Source of the DNA: an uncultured Cycloclasticus sp.
GTDB taxonomy: Bacteria; Pseudomonadota; Gammaproteobacteria; Methylococcales; Cycloclasticaceae
Length of the DNA: 64,000 nucleotides
Direction of reading: 5' to 3'
Assembly: GCA_913060865.1 (NCBI GenBank)
Contig: CAJXTU010000006.1
Span: 19,009-83,008 of the forward strand
Below, piece after piece: positions 30,532 to 40,923 of the stretch; positions within the stretch are counted from its first letter, which is position 1, and every line of letters starts with the position of its first letter. A program made the translations under genes and the position numbers. The notes below the pieces were generated by a model. It did not search any database, was not told the origin of the DNA, and saw only the letters and a list, made by a program, of their open reading frames with translations.

Positions 30532-30981
30532 ATGTATCGCGCTTTGATTATTTGTTTTTGCTTATTTTTCGCCCATTCATCCTACGCCGCAATTTATAAG
30601 TGGGTTAATGAACAAGGTAACACCCATTATGGCCAGCGACCTCCCCGCGATAAAAACATCGACGTCAAGAAGGTTTTCGTCAAATCCAGCGGAATTATTG
30701 ATAGTGAAAAGGACCCCACATCCATTCAAGACAGCGCAAACGAGATAGCTAAATCTAATGCTGACCGCAAAGCCGCTAATGACAAAATACAGCAACAAGC
30801 CAACGAGAAGAGGCGCCTTCAAGAGCGGTGCGAAACCAGTAAAAAGAACCTTGCCGAACTAGACTATGGTGGCAATCGTTTATACAAAGATGCTGATGGA
30901 AACTATTCTAGGTTGAGTCCTGACGATAAAACCAAAAAACGCGAGGAACTTAACACATTTATCAACGAGAACTGCCGCTAA
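30532..30981 (+). CDS. DUF4124-type exported protein
   Basis: Signal peptide followed by IYKWVNEQGNTHYGQRPP; coiled coil; two Cys. Confidence 0.8.
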   Translation: MYRALIICFCLFFAHSSYAAIYKWVNEQGNTHYGQRPPRDKNIDVKKVFVKSSGIIDSEKDPTSIQDSANEIAKSNADRKAANDKIQQQANEKRRLQERCETSKKNLAELDYGGNRLYKDADGNYSRLSPDDKTKKREELNTFINENCR

Positions 30982-31005
30982 ATATATGATGTTTGATTAT
31001 CACCT

Positions 31006-31641
31006 CTACTTAGACTTTCTTTCTTTTTCCACCAAGAAATTGATAATTTTTAACATATTTTCATAACTCTTTGCCATAGCGCCCGTTATAAGGTACTTAC
31101 CGCCTACAACCATCGCCGGCACACCCGTCACACCATAGCGCTGCACTATGTCTTTCGCCCTAGCGACCTTGGTGTTCACGACAAACGAACGATAGGTTTT
31201 CTTAAATAAGTTTTGATCAATACCATACTGTGCATAGAAAACAGCTAACTTTTCTACCGTATTAATTGTTTTATGCTCCGCGTGCATCGCATGAAATAAA
31301 GCAGCATGAGATTCATCTAGAACATCTAAAATATCAGCCGTAAAGTAGGCTCTAGCATGCACTTCCCATAGCTCATTAAAAACGGCTGGCAAGCGATAAA
31401 AATTCACATCTTTAGGCACACTAGCTACCCAAGGCCCCAATGTGGGTTCAAAATGATAACAATGCGGACAACCGTACCAAAATATTTCCACGACCTCGAT
31501 ACGGTCTGGATCATCCGTCGGTTGAGCTGGCTTTATTAGCTGATAATCAACCCCTTCCTCAAAACCAGCTGTTTCTTTGGCAAAAGCAACGCCGCTCAAT
31601 AACACCATGAAAAAAGTAACCCACACCAATAATTTACGCAT
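31006..31641 (-). CDS. dsbA: Thiol:disulfide interchange protein DsbA
   Basis: Signal peptide, FWYGCPHCYHFE, cis-Pro GVPA. Confidence 0.95.
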   Translation of the reverse strand: MRKLLVWVTFFMVLLSGVAFAKETAGFEEGVDYQLIKPAQPTDDPDRIEVVEIFWYGCPHCYHFEPTLGPWVASVPKDVNFYRLPAVFNELWEVHARAYFTADILDVLDESHAALFHAMHAEHKTINTVEKLAVFYAQYGIDQNLFKKTYRSFVVNTKVARAKDIVQRYGVTGVPAMVVGGKYLITGAMAKSYENMLKIINFLVEKERKSK

Positions 31642-31666
31642 TTTTATCTCCTAAAATTAAGCCGCT

Positions 31667-32842
31667 TTATAACTCGCCGTATGAATGCAAACCAGATAAG
31701 AACATATTCACGCCTAAAAAGGCGAACAAGGTAATAAAAAGACCAACAATTGCCCATATTGCCATTGGTTTTCCTCGCCAGCCTTTGGTTAGCCTCATGT
31801 GTAACCAAGCAGCATAGTTTAACCACACAATTAGCGCCCAAGTTTCTTTCGGGTCCCAAGACCAGTATCCACCCCATGCCTCAGCCGCCCATAGCGCGCC
31901 GAGAATCGTTGCTAAGGTAAAAAAAGCAAAACCCAACGCAATTGATTTGTACATCAGGTCATCGAGAATATCTAACGTCGGTAACGTCATTGCGATACCG
32001 TTTGATTGTTTCTGCTCAGCGTTTGCACGCACCAAATAAGCCATAGCCACCATCGCTGCCAACGCAAACGCACCGTAGCCAACAAAATTAGCTGGCACAT
32101 GAATCTTCATCCAATAACTTTGTAAAGCAGGAACTAACGGTTGAATATCTGCCGCATCTCTATCAAATGCATACCAAAGCAAAAAGGCAACAGCTGCACT
32201 TATCACCAATAAGACAAACCCGCCCAACATGCGTGTTTGATAGCGGCGCTCGTAAAATAAATACAGCAAGGCAGTGATAATTGAAAACAGTATAAACACT
32301 TCATATAAGTTACTAACAGGGATATGCCCGACATCTAACCCAATGAGATAGGACTCACGCCACCGTACCATTAACCCAACTAATCCCATCGTTGTTGCAG
32401 ACCACGTCATCGCGCTAGCTACTTTCCCCGAATACTCTGAACGGGCGAAGAACGCAATAAAGTATGTCACTGTTGCCAATACATATAGCGCACTCATCCA
32501 CATAATCGCTGACTGACTTGAAACTAAAAATCTCAAGAAGAAATCTACTTCAGCATCGGCCAGCCCATTGACGTATCGACTAACGCCAAAAATACTCAGC
32601 AAAAACACAGCCAATGACAGTACTCGAATTCCTTTCCAGTTCCAGCCTAGAACAACCAAGCTAACGCCTGTAGAAACTAAAATTCCTTTTTCATACCCAT
32701 CCATTAACGAGGAATAACTGGCGTAAGCATAACCTGTACCCAGCAAGACAATAATTGCCCAAACCCAATCAAAAAGACTTAACCCCTTCCAAAAAGACTG
32801 CTGATCTAATTCATGTTGCAACGCTGCATGTGTACTATTCAT
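31667..32842 (-). CDS. resC: Cytochrome c biogenesis system II heme-handling protein (ResC/CcsA, WWD domain)
   Basis: PVSNLYE, PALQSYWMKIHV, WGGYWSWDPKETW, GLHSYG. Confidence 0.93.
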   Translation of the reverse strand: MNSTHAALQHELDQQSFWKGLSLFDWVWAIIVLLGTGYAYASYSSLMDGYEKGILVSTGVSLVVLGWNWKGIRVLSLAVFLLSIFGVSRYVNGLADAEVDFFLRFLVSSQSAIMWMSALYVLATVTYFIAFFARSEYSGKVASAMTWSATTMGLVGLMVRWRESYLIGLDVGHIPVSNLYEVFILFSIITALLYLFYERRYQTRMLGGFVLLVISAAVAFLLWYAFDRDAADIQPLVPALQSYWMKIHVPANFVGYGAFALAAMVAMAYLVRANAEQKQSNGIAMTLPTLDILDDLMYKSIALGFAFFTLATILGALWAAEAWGGYWSWDPKETWALIVWLNYAAWLHMRLTKGWRGKPMAIWAIVGLFITLFAFLGVNMFLSGLHSYGEL

Positions 32843-32851
32843 ATTGCTACC

Positions 32852-34843
32852 TTAACCGTTTAAGACACGTTCAAACTGTGCCTGTATTTGTTTAAATTGC
32901 TTTGAAAAATCTAATTTATTTCTAATCGCGTGCCCTGCTAAAACAAATTTAACGCCCTCATCTGCTTGCTCTAACCAAGCCCATAAGCGTTGTTGAGGGG
33001 CGTAAAACATTAAAAACACGCCCAAAATCAACATTGCGCAACCTGGGTAAACCAAGTTTTTCCCAGGTGCTTTAGCAATTTGCAGACCACTTGCTTGATG
33101 ATGAACAAAGCTTGATAACTGAAAATAGACTGGTGAGCCATAACGTCCCATCGCACCTATCGCTGCCGAAGCGGCATCAAAAAACTCTGCCTTTGTTTCA
33201 TCAACACCTAAGCTGACGTCGACACCTTCTTTTATTAAAACATCTACATAGACAGCCCCTAGCATTTGCTGAAGCACCCTTACGTATAGCTTTGACACCT
33301 CATCAAGCTTCTCTGCTGGCGCGTTTTTTTCTACTTGCTCAATCACACCATCCATACCATTCTTAACAAATAACCCCACCAACCTAATCATTGCTTCATT
33401 TAGTTGCGCAGTGTTCTTAGTAGGCAACGTAGCGCCAATAAAGTTCTGCTCTGTCGCTATTCGTTGTAGCAATTCTTCATCACCTAATGCATGTAAGTAC
33501 GCCATAAACCGATCAATACCACCCTTATCATCCACCGGAACATACAAATATCTAAACTCTTCTGCAGGTGATCCGCGAACACCGCTTAAATAATAATATG
33601 CACCGTCTCTCTCCACCGGCACCATATAATTTAAAAACTCTTTCGCTTCGCCCATTTTATTGCGCATTTTAAACTGAACGCTTGGCCCTGCATTTTCAAA
33701 CTTTTTCTCAGGATTGTCTGATGGATTAATATTAAATAAACGAAAATTAGAAGCCTCAAGAACCCATGGCTCATTCAATACATTCATCTGAAATTCATCA
33801 CCGACCTTAGTCTTTACCTTTTGTGGCAATTTATTAGCGCCCGCCAATGGCCAAGCCAACATATCGAGCTCTGAGCCCCCATCAGAAAAACTAGCTTGGT
33901 AAATAGAATACCCGTCATAGATTAACGGGTGATTAACAGAAATAGTTTCTTCTATTGGCACACTTAACCGCTCATCGTATACCACCAAATCACTCTCAAA
34001 GGACTTCGGTTGGCCGCTCTCATAGTGTTCTATTCTAAAATCCTTAACTTCCACCGAAAATGGCAGCTCCTGTACTAAATAGCCGTCTTTATAATTAAGA
34101 AATAAGACATCAGTTTGGCGGCCTTCTGGTATAGAAACACTGCCTCTAAAAGATTGATTATTAAATCCTAAACGACTTATTTGAGGCACGTCACTAGCCG
34201 CTATATTTCTTGTTTCTGGCACAACTTGCCCTAGCATTTCTCTCGCCTTCAAAATGGCATTGCCATCTATTAAGCCGCCGATACAAATCAATACAATCGC
34301 CACGTGAGTCAAAATATAACCCAATCGGCTAGCGCCACCTTTCATACCTGAAATCAACACATAGCCATCACCCTCTTTTAACCGTGCGCTATAGCCATTA
34401 TGTGGCAAGATTTTTTGTACCACATGTTGAATATCCTCTACAGATTGGAGCAATACCCAACTATGTGTATTTAAATAATTCTCCAGAGTTTTAAGTTGAA
34501 TATTCTGTCGATATTCACGCATCTCACGCAGCATATTCGGTGCATTTCTATAAATACATGTGCTGGTCGAAAGAACCAAAAAAAACAGAATGAATAAAAA
34601 CCAACTTGATGAATAAACATCATATAAACCAATCTGATTAAATACATCAAACCAAAAAGGGCCAAACTTTATGATGTAATCGGTATACGGTTGATTTTGC
34701 TGTAAAACGGTACCGATAATAGCGGCGACAGAAAGCGCCACTAATAATGTTATCGCCAAATTCATCGATCCTAGAAACTTTAGCCATAAGGCTGAGGTTC
34801 TAGGTGCTGGAGGCGCTATAGGTGTGCTGGGCTGATTATTCAT
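32852..34843 (-). CDS. resB: Cytochrome c biogenesis system II protein ResB/CcsB
   Basis: LGSMNLAI, GYILTHVAI (TM His), ISVNHPL, large periplasmic domain, GLQIAKAPG. Confidence 0.93.
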   Translation of the reverse strand: MNNQPSTPIAPPAPRTSALWLKFLGSMNLAITLLVALSVAAIIGTVLQQNQPYTDYIIKFGPFWFDVFNQIGLYDVYSSSWFLFILFFLVLSTSTCIYRNAPNMLREMREYRQNIQLKTLENYLNTHSWVLLQSVEDIQHVVQKILPHNGYSARLKEGDGYVLISGMKGGASRLGYILTHVAIVLICIGGLIDGNAILKAREMLGQVVPETRNIAASDVPQISRLGFNNQSFRGSVSIPEGRQTDVLFLNYKDGYLVQELPFSVEVKDFRIEHYESGQPKSFESDLVVYDERLSVPIEETISVNHPLIYDGYSIYQASFSDGGSELDMLAWPLAGANKLPQKVKTKVGDEFQMNVLNEPWVLEASNFRLFNINPSDNPEKKFENAGPSVQFKMRNKMGEAKEFLNYMVPVERDGAYYYLSGVRGSPAEEFRYLYVPVDDKGGIDRFMAYLHALGDEELLQRIATEQNFIGATLPTKNTAQLNEAMIRLVGLFVKNGMDGVIEQVEKNAPAEKLDEVSKLYVRVLQQMLGAVYVDVLIKEGVDVSLGVDETKAEFFDAASAAIGAMGRYGSPVYFQLSSFVHHQASGLQIAKAPGKNLVYPGCAMLILGVFLMFYAPQQRLWAWLEQADEGVKFVLAGHAIRNKLDFSKQFKQIQAQFERVLNG

Positions 34844-34888
34844 AACAAAGTTTAATGAAACACTGTAGAGGCGACATTAACCTAAAAG

Positions 34889-34919
34889 AAAAAAAGGGCA
34901 ACACTGTTGCCCTTTTTTT
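34889..34919. terminator. Bidirectional terminator-type hairpin between cytochrome c4 and resB
   Basis: AAAAAAAGGGCAAC-ACT-GTTGCCCTTTTTTT. Confidence 0.85.
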
Positions 34920-34935
34920 GCAAAAAAACTTATAT

Positions 34936-35544
34936 TTAATGTAAACCAGAAATATATGAGGAAACTGCTTCAATTTCTTTATTGTTCATACGACCCGCAA
35001 TATCACGCATCATTGCTTGGTGATCATTATTACGCGTTTCAGCTTTAAAATCTTTCATTGTTTTAGATAAGTATGCTGCATGCTGACCGCCAATACGAGG
35101 GAAGCGCGCAGGTGCACTACCCGCCCCATTAGGGCCATGACAAGCGATACAAGCAGGTAAGCCATTATCAACCTTTCCAGCTCGATATATTTTTTCACCT
35201 AATTTAATTTTGTCCGCACTGGCCGCTTCAACCGTTGAAGGGACGCTAGCAAAGAACGCCGCTAAGTTTTCAATATCAACATCATTCAAGCCAGCTACCA
35301 TTGGAGCCATCGTTGCATCAATACGTTTTTTGTTTTGAAAATCGCGTAACTCTTTTTCAATATAAAAAGCATGTTGCCCTGCCAATTTTGGCCATACTGG
35401 ATTTGCACTATTACCGTTTTGGCCATGGCAAGCAACACAGGTCGCTGCCTTTGCCCGACCTGCATCAACATCACCTACAGCAAAAGCATTCACAGATACT
35501 ATCGCCATAAAAAAACAAATCACTAATACATTTAATTTCATCAT
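34936..35544 (-). CDS. Di-heme cytochrome c4
   Basis: Signal peptide, CVACH and CIACH, PKLAGQH, axial Met in each half. Confidence 0.95.
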   Translation of the reverse strand: MMKLNVLVICFFMAIVSVNAFAVGDVDAGRAKAATCVACHGQNGNSANPVWPKLAGQHAFYIEKELRDFQNKKRIDATMAPMVAGLNDVDIENLAAFFASVPSTVEAASADKIKLGEKIYRAGKVDNGLPACIACHGPNGAGSAPARFPRIGGQHAAYLSKTMKDFKAETRNNDHQAMMRDIAGRMNNKEIEAVSSYISGLH

Positions 35545-35565
35545 TATTCCAAATCTAACTTAAGT

Positions 35566-35868
35566 TTATTTAATACTCGCATAATACGCAGCTAGGTTTG
35601 CTACGTCAGCTTCAGATAACGCAGCAATCATTGCTTGCATTGTTGGGTCTTTACGTACCCCTGAACGAAAATTGTTGATTTGCTTTACCAAGTACTGTTC
35701 TTTTTGGCCTGCTAAATTAGGATAAATCCCTATTGGGCTAATGCCTTCCGCGCCATGACATGCCATACATTGCGCAGATTTTACTTTACCCGCCGCCGCA
35801 TCGCCCGCCCATGATTGACCCGAAACTGCTACCATCAAAACTATTACTGCTAGTAAGACCTTACTCAT
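35566..35868 (-). CDS. Mono-heme class I cytochrome c (c553/c554-like)
   Basis: Signal peptide, CMACH, YPNLAGQ, DPTMQAM. Confidence 0.92.
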   Translation of the reverse strand: MSKVLLAVIVLMVAVSGQSWAGDAAAGKVKSAQCMACHGAEGISPIGIYPNLAGQKEQYLVKQINNFRSGVRKDPTMQAMIAALSEADVANLAAYYASIK

Positions 35869-36026
35869 GCCTATCTCTCCAATATATTTCGCTTAATGCT
35901 GATTTAGTTTTTGATTTTACAATAAATTCACTTGAAGTTTAGTATTTTTCTAAGTCATTTGTTGTTATACACACTGAATCTGCCTGCTCCGGTACAATAC
36001 TCAAACTCTATTATCTGGCTTGAAAC

Positions 36027-36650
36027 ATGAACCCTCTTTATCACCGTGCCGAATACCTACTCAATGCTCCGAACTTAAAGACCACGCCCACTGACATTGA
36101 ATACGAAGTTGCTTTTGCCGGCAGATCAAACGCAGGAAAATCTAGCGCCATTAATACAATCACCAACCAAAAAAGCCTTGCTAGAACCAGTAAAACACCC
36201 GGACGAACCCAACAACTGGTTTATTTCAAGCTTGACGATCATCGCTGCTTGGTCGATCTACCAGGCTACGGCTACGCTAAAGTCCCTCCGAGCATTCAAA
36301 AAAAATGGCAAGCCGAACTTGAGCGATATTTAGAGAAAAGGAAGGCTCTTAATGGGCTCGTGTTACTCGTTGATATTCGTCGCTCGTTGGGCGAGCATGA
36401 TATGCAAATGATCGACTATGCCGCTCACTTAAACTTAGATGTCTTTATTGCACTAACAAAATCAGACAAACTTAACCGAAACACTGCCAAAAATACGTTA
36501 TTCGCCGTTCAGAAGTTATTGAAAGACTCAGCCGCTAATATTCAAGTAGAGCTATTTTCTTCGTTAAAAAAGGAAGGCATTGAGCAACTGCACACTTGGT
36601 TAGACAGTCACCTTAATACAGCTGAAATAACAGGCAAAAAAAAGCCCTAG
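36027..36650 (+). CDS. engB: GTP-binding protein EngB/YihA
   Basis: GRSNAGKSS, SKTPGRT, DLPGYG, TKSDK. Confidence 0.97.
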   Translation: MNPLYHRAEYLLNAPNLKTTPTDIEYEVAFAGRSNAGKSSAINTITNQKSLARTSKTPGRTQQLVYFKLDDHRCLVDLPGYGYAKVPPSIQKKWQAELERYLEKRKALNGLVLLVDIRRSLGEHDMQMIDYAAHLNLDVFIALTKSDKLNRNTAKNTLFAVQKLLKDSAANIQVELFSSLKKEGIEQLHTWLDSHLNTAEITGKKKP

Positions 36651-36750
36651 CGTCAAAAGTTGAACCTAGGGCCTAGTCGTTCCAGTTATAGCTAACCGGA
36701 AACTTGCTCAAGGGGAGGGGGATGTGAGCAAGCATATCTACATAGATACA
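36636..36750 (-). ncRNA. Candidate ~115 nt small RNA at the polA-engB (Spot42/ErsA) position
   Basis: Minus strand: hairpin CTTGCTCA-[CATCCCCCTCCCCT]-TGAGCAAG, hairpin TTCCGGTTA-GCTA-TAACTGGAA, terminator GCCCTAG..CTAGGGC-T8; no ORF; ECF promoter directly upstream. The 5' end is estimated from the promoter spacing. Confidence 0.65.
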
Positions 36751-36754
36751 TTCA

Positions 36755-36781
36755 ATAGAGCATATCTTTCTCATAAAGTTC
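36755..36781 (-). promoter_or_regulatory. SigmaE/AlgU-type promoter
   Basis: GAACTT-N16-TCTAT on the minus strand, preceded by an A-tract (UP-element-like). Confidence 0.7.
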
Positions 36782-36944
36782 ATTTTTTTATCTTTTTTTC
36801 GCAACATCCACATTAAAGCTGCCTTTCTTACACCTAAATCGCTATATCACACCCGCTGGATAACTTAGAGATAAAATATCACCCTCTAGAAATAGCTTCA
36901 TTAATCGGCAAAGGTGTTTTTATTTTCAGCCCACCGACTGACGG

Positions 36945-39665
36945 CTAATGTGCTTCATCCCAATTTTTCCCCGTTCCTACATCAACAATCAGCGGAACAT
37001 CCAACATCGCCGCGCCACTCATTTTTTGCTGGATAATAGCCGTCGCTTGATCCAAATAAGCCGTATCAACCTCGAACACCAATTCATCGTGTACTTGCAT
37101 CACCATTCGTACCGGTGGCTTATCTACTTGTAACCAGTCATCAACCAACAACATCGCTAACTTAATGATATCTGCCGCTGTACCTTGCATCGGCGCATTA
37201 ATGGCCGTCCGTTCCGCATATTGCCTACGTTGCCCATTTTTGGCATTAATATCAGGTAAATATAAGCGTCTACCAAATAAGGTTTCAATATAACCTTGCT
37301 CACGCGCCAACTCGCGAGTCTCATCCATATAGCGTTTTACACCGGGGTACCTGTCGAAATATAAATTGATATAGCCTTGCGCCGCACCGCGATCAATATC
37401 CAATTGCTTCGCCAAGCCAAATGCTGACATCCCGTAAATCAATCCAAAATTAATCGCTTTAGCAGAACGGCGCTGATGGCTTTCCACTTGATCTAATGGC
37501 ACACCAAACACTTCTGCTGCCGTCGCTTTATGCACATCTAAACCCTCTTTAAAGGCTTGCAAAAGCCCAGCATCTTGCGACAAATGCGCCATAATTCGCA
37601 ACTCAATTTGCGAGTAGTCGGCTGCCAACACAGTAAAGCCAGGCTCAGCGATAAACGCTTGGCGAATTCGACGACCTTCTTCGCTTCGCACTGGAATGTT
37701 CTGCAAGTTTGGATCAGATGATGACAAACGACCCGTCGCTGCTACCGCTTGATGGTATGAGGTGTGTACACGACCAGTTACTGGATTAATTTGTTTCGGT
37801 AATTTATCCGTATACGTCGAGCGTAGTTTACTAAGACTACGGTGTTCAAGAATCAATCTAGGCAATGGAAAGTCAAGCGCCAAATCCTGCAATACATTTT
37901 CCGCCGTTGACGGCTGCCCTTTCGGCGTTTTCTTTAAAACGGGCAAGCCTAGTTTATCGTACAAAATCTCTTGTATTTGCTTTGGTGAACCCAAATTAAA
38001 TGGCTGACCCGCCACATCATGAGCTTGCGTTTCAAGTATTTTAATTTTCGCTGCTAGCTCACCACTTTGCTGAGTCAACATTTGCTCATCGACCAACACG
38101 CCTATTTGTTCCATTCGTGCCAACACAGGAACGAGAGGCATTTCTATCGTTTGATAAACCTTTTTCAATGCGTCTATTTTTTCTAGTTTAGAAAAAAGCT
38201 GTTGATGTAAACGTAACGTAATATCCGCATCCTCTGCTGCGTAGGGCGCTGCCACTTCAACCGACACTTGATCAAAACATATCTGCTTGGCGCCTTTACC
38301 CGCCACATCTTCGTAATGGATAGTTTCTTGCCCTAAGTATTTCTCAGCCAATGCATCCATGTTGTGCCGCGTGGCCGTACTATTTAAAACGTAAGACTGC
38401 AGCATCGTATCGTGCTTAATACCCTTCAAGAAGATATCGTGATTTGCCAGCACATTTGCGTCATATTTAAGATTTTGACCAACTTTAGCCACATCTTCTG
38501 ATTCTAATAGTGGCTTTAATTGGTCCAATACCCATTGTCGAGACAGCTGTTCTGGTGTTCCCGGATATGTATGCGCTAAAGGCACATACGCTGCGTGACC
38601 GGCCTCAACTGCAAAGGAAACCCCCACAATCAACGCTTTGGTGTAATCTAAATCGGTTGTCTCCGTGTCAAAAGCAAACAGTTCTGCATTTGTTAGCTTC
38701 TCTAACCATGCGTTAAAAGTGGCTTCATCAAGAACAGTATCGACTGTTAATTCGACCCTAGCTGGCAAAGGCTTATCATCCACCTCTTGGCTGGCGGCAA
38801 CCTTAGTACCCGCCCCGCCACCTAGCTGCTTTAACCACGAATTAAATTCAAAGTGACTCACCATCGTATGCAACTTGCCCCGATCCGCTTCAGTTCTGAC
38901 CAAATCAGTTGGCGCTTCATTTAACGACACATCACATTTAATCGTCACCAACTCTTTTGACAGCGGAATGGCACCTAGGTGTTCACGAAGGCTTTCACCT
39001 ACTTTTCCTTTCACTTCCCCAGCACGAGAGATCAACTCATCCAACGAGCCATATTGATTCAACCACTTCGCCGCGGTTTTCGGCCCAACTTTTGGTACAC
39101 CCGGAATATTGTCTGAGGTATCCCCCATCAGCGCCAAATAATCAATAATTCTTTCTGGTGATACGCCAAACTTTTCTTTCACCCCTGCTTGATCCAAAAA
39201 TTGATTATTCATCGTGTTGATCAAAGAGATTTTAGCCGTCACTAATTGAGCAATATCTTTATCGCCTGTGGAAATAATAACGTTAAGCCCAGCCGCTTCC
39301 GCTTGCTTGGCTAATGTGCCAATAACATCATCTGCCTCAACGCCCGACTCCATAACCAATGGCAACCCCATCGCCTTTATCAATTCATGTAACGGCTTTA
39401 TTTGTTCTCGGAGTTCCTCAGGCATCGACGCCCTGTTTGCTTTGTACTCAGGATACATATCATTACGAAACGTCTTCCCTGGCGCATCGAATATCACTCC
39501 AAAATAAGCATCTGGATACGTATCGACCAACTTTTTTAACATATTGGTCACCCCCAAAATAGCATTGGTATATTCGCCTTTTGAGTTCGTCAGCAATGGC
39601 AATGCGTGATATGCACGAAATAAGTAAGAAGAGCCGTCAACGAGCACCAACGTTTTTTCTGTCAT
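36945..39665 (-). CDS. polA: DNA polymerase I
   Basis: LVDGSSYLFRAYHA, FDTETT, ADYSQIELRIMAH, RRSAKAINFGLIYG, QVHDEL; ATG at 39665. Confidence 0.99.
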   Translation of the reverse strand: MTEKTLVLVDGSSYLFRAYHALPLLTNSKGEYTNAILGVTNMLKKLVDTYPDAYFGVIFDAPGKTFRNDMYPEYKANRASMPEELREQIKPLHELIKAMGLPLVMESGVEADDVIGTLAKQAEAAGLNVIISTGDKDIAQLVTAKISLINTMNNQFLDQAGVKEKFGVSPERIIDYLALMGDTSDNIPGVPKVGPKTAAKWLNQYGSLDELISRAGEVKGKVGESLREHLGAIPLSKELVTIKCDVSLNEAPTDLVRTEADRGKLHTMVSHFEFNSWLKQLGGGAGTKVAASQEVDDKPLPARVELTVDTVLDEATFNAWLEKLTNAELFAFDTETTDLDYTKALIVGVSFAVEAGHAAYVPLAHTYPGTPEQLSRQWVLDQLKPLLESEDVAKVGQNLKYDANVLANHDIFLKGIKHDTMLQSYVLNSTATRHNMDALAEKYLGQETIHYEDVAGKGAKQICFDQVSVEVAAPYAAEDADITLRLHQQLFSKLEKIDALKKVYQTIEMPLVPVLARMEQIGVLVDEQMLTQQSGELAAKIKILETQAHDVAGQPFNLGSPKQIQEILYDKLGLPVLKKTPKGQPSTAENVLQDLALDFPLPRLILEHRSLSKLRSTYTDKLPKQINPVTGRVHTSYHQAVAATGRLSSSDPNLQNIPVRSEEGRRIRQAFIAEPGFTVLAADYSQIELRIMAHLSQDAGLLQAFKEGLDVHKATAAEVFGVPLDQVESHQRRSAKAINFGLIYGMSAFGLAKQLDIDRGAAQGYINLYFDRYPGVKRYMDETRELAREQGYIETLFGRRLYLPDINAKNGQRRQYAERTAINAPMQGTAADIIKLAMLLVDDWLQVDKPPVRMVMQVHDELVFEVDTAYLDQATAIIQQKMSGAAMLDVPLIVDVGTGKNWDEAH

Positions 39666-39802
39666 GAAAAGTATCCAATAATTTTTATATTGCCGATTAT
39701 ACCCAAGGGGCATAAGTTACACACAAACGATCTAGGTCGTTTAGTTTAGCTTTATACTATTTACATCCATCATCATGTTATGCAAAAAAACAGGGGCTGC
39801 TA

Positions 39803-40480
39803 ATGAGTGATCAAAAACGCGAAGCATGGAAAGTATTCCAAATTATTGCTGAATTCGTCGATGGTTTTGAACAACTATCACATATAAGACCTGCCGTCAG
39901 CGTATACGGCTCTGCCAGACTCAAAGAAGATCACCCAGATTATCTACGCGCTGAAGCTATTTCGCTTGCCCTATCCAACGCCGGCTTTTCAGTCATCAGC
40001 GGTGGTGGCCCCGGTATTATGGAAGCAGCCAATAAAGGCGCTTTCAACGGCTCTTCAGCTAGTATTGGCTTAAATATTCAACTGCCGCGCGAGCAACAGG
40101 CGAACCCGTATCAAGATATTAGCTTAAACTTCAGGCATTTTTTTGCACGCAAAGTCATGTTCGTTAAATATGCAACTGCTTACGTTGTTTTGCCAGGCGG
40201 CTTTGGAACATTAGATGAACTAGCCGAAATTCTTACCTTAATTCAAACAGGAAAATCACGGAGAATCCCCATTATCCTAGTTAACAAAGATTTTTGGAGT
40301 GGATTAATCGATTGGTTTTCAAACACGTTGGTTGAAGCCGGAACTATCAAAAAGGACGACATGCACCTTTTTCAAATTTGCGAAACACCTGACGAGGTTT
40401 TAGCCGCTATCTTTGATTTTTACGAACAACGTGGTTTCGAGCCTTCCGCCGAAGAAGAAGAGGTGTTATTAGAACTATAA
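39803..40480 (+). CDS. LOG-family (TIGR00730) nucleotide phosphoribohydrolase
   Basis: SGGGPGIMEAAN, RHFFARK, PGGFGTLDE. Confidence 0.9.
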   Translation: MSDQKREAWKVFQIIAEFVDGFEQLSHIRPAVSVYGSARLKEDHPDYLRAEAISLALSNAGFSVISGGGPGIMEAANKGAFNGSSASIGLNIQLPREQQANPYQDISLNFRHFFARKVMFVKYATAYVVLPGGFGTLDELAEILTLIQTGKSRRIPIILVNKDFWSGLIDWFSNTLVEAGTIKKDDMHLFQICETPDEVLAAIFDFYEQRGFEPSAEEEEVLLEL

Positions 40481-40560
40481 CCACCTGCCTAATTATGCAA
40501 ACCATAGAAGATAGTGGCATAATTAACACGTTACCCATACTTTAGTCCAAAGGAAAAACC

Positions 40561-40902
40561 ATGCGCCATATCTTACCCATTATTCTAGTATTACTCTTTA
40601 TGCACTCATCGAATACTATGGCGGAAGATATTACGCCGGCTATTGTTCCTGAACCACCCGAATTACCTGCGCAAATTGTTAGTGGTGAAAATATGTCACC
40701 TGACATCACCATTACGCGTAAAAAGAAAAAAACTATCACCGAGTATAGTGTAAACGGTAGTGTCTACATGGTAAAAATCACTCCTGAAAGCGGGCCGGCT
40801 TATTACATGGTGGATACCGATGGTGATGGCAATTTGGAAACACGTCGTTCCGAGTTAGAAAAAGGCATGGACATTCCTCAATGGTTATTATTTAGTTGGT
40901 AA
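40561..40902 (+). CDS. DUF2782-type exported protein
   Basis: Signal peptide, EYSVNG.VYMVKITP, YYMVDTDGDG, PQWLLFSW; typical position before thrB. Confidence 0.8.
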   Translation: MRHILPIILVLLFMHSSNTMAEDITPAIVPEPPELPAQIVSGENMSPDITITRKKKKTITEYSVNGSVYMVKITPESGPAYYMVDTDGDGNLETRRSELEKGMDIPQWLLFSW

Positions 40903-40923
40903 ACACTCACCCTTTTTCCAATT

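Noticed and set aside
39666-39713. N-terminal extensions from the ORF track (polA 39713, ssb 11248, porin 18861, ilvI 30414, prfC 24986, dctP 54431)
   Set aside because: Downstream starts match family N-termini, and several have clear RBS sequences; the porin extension would overlap its own predicted transcription start.
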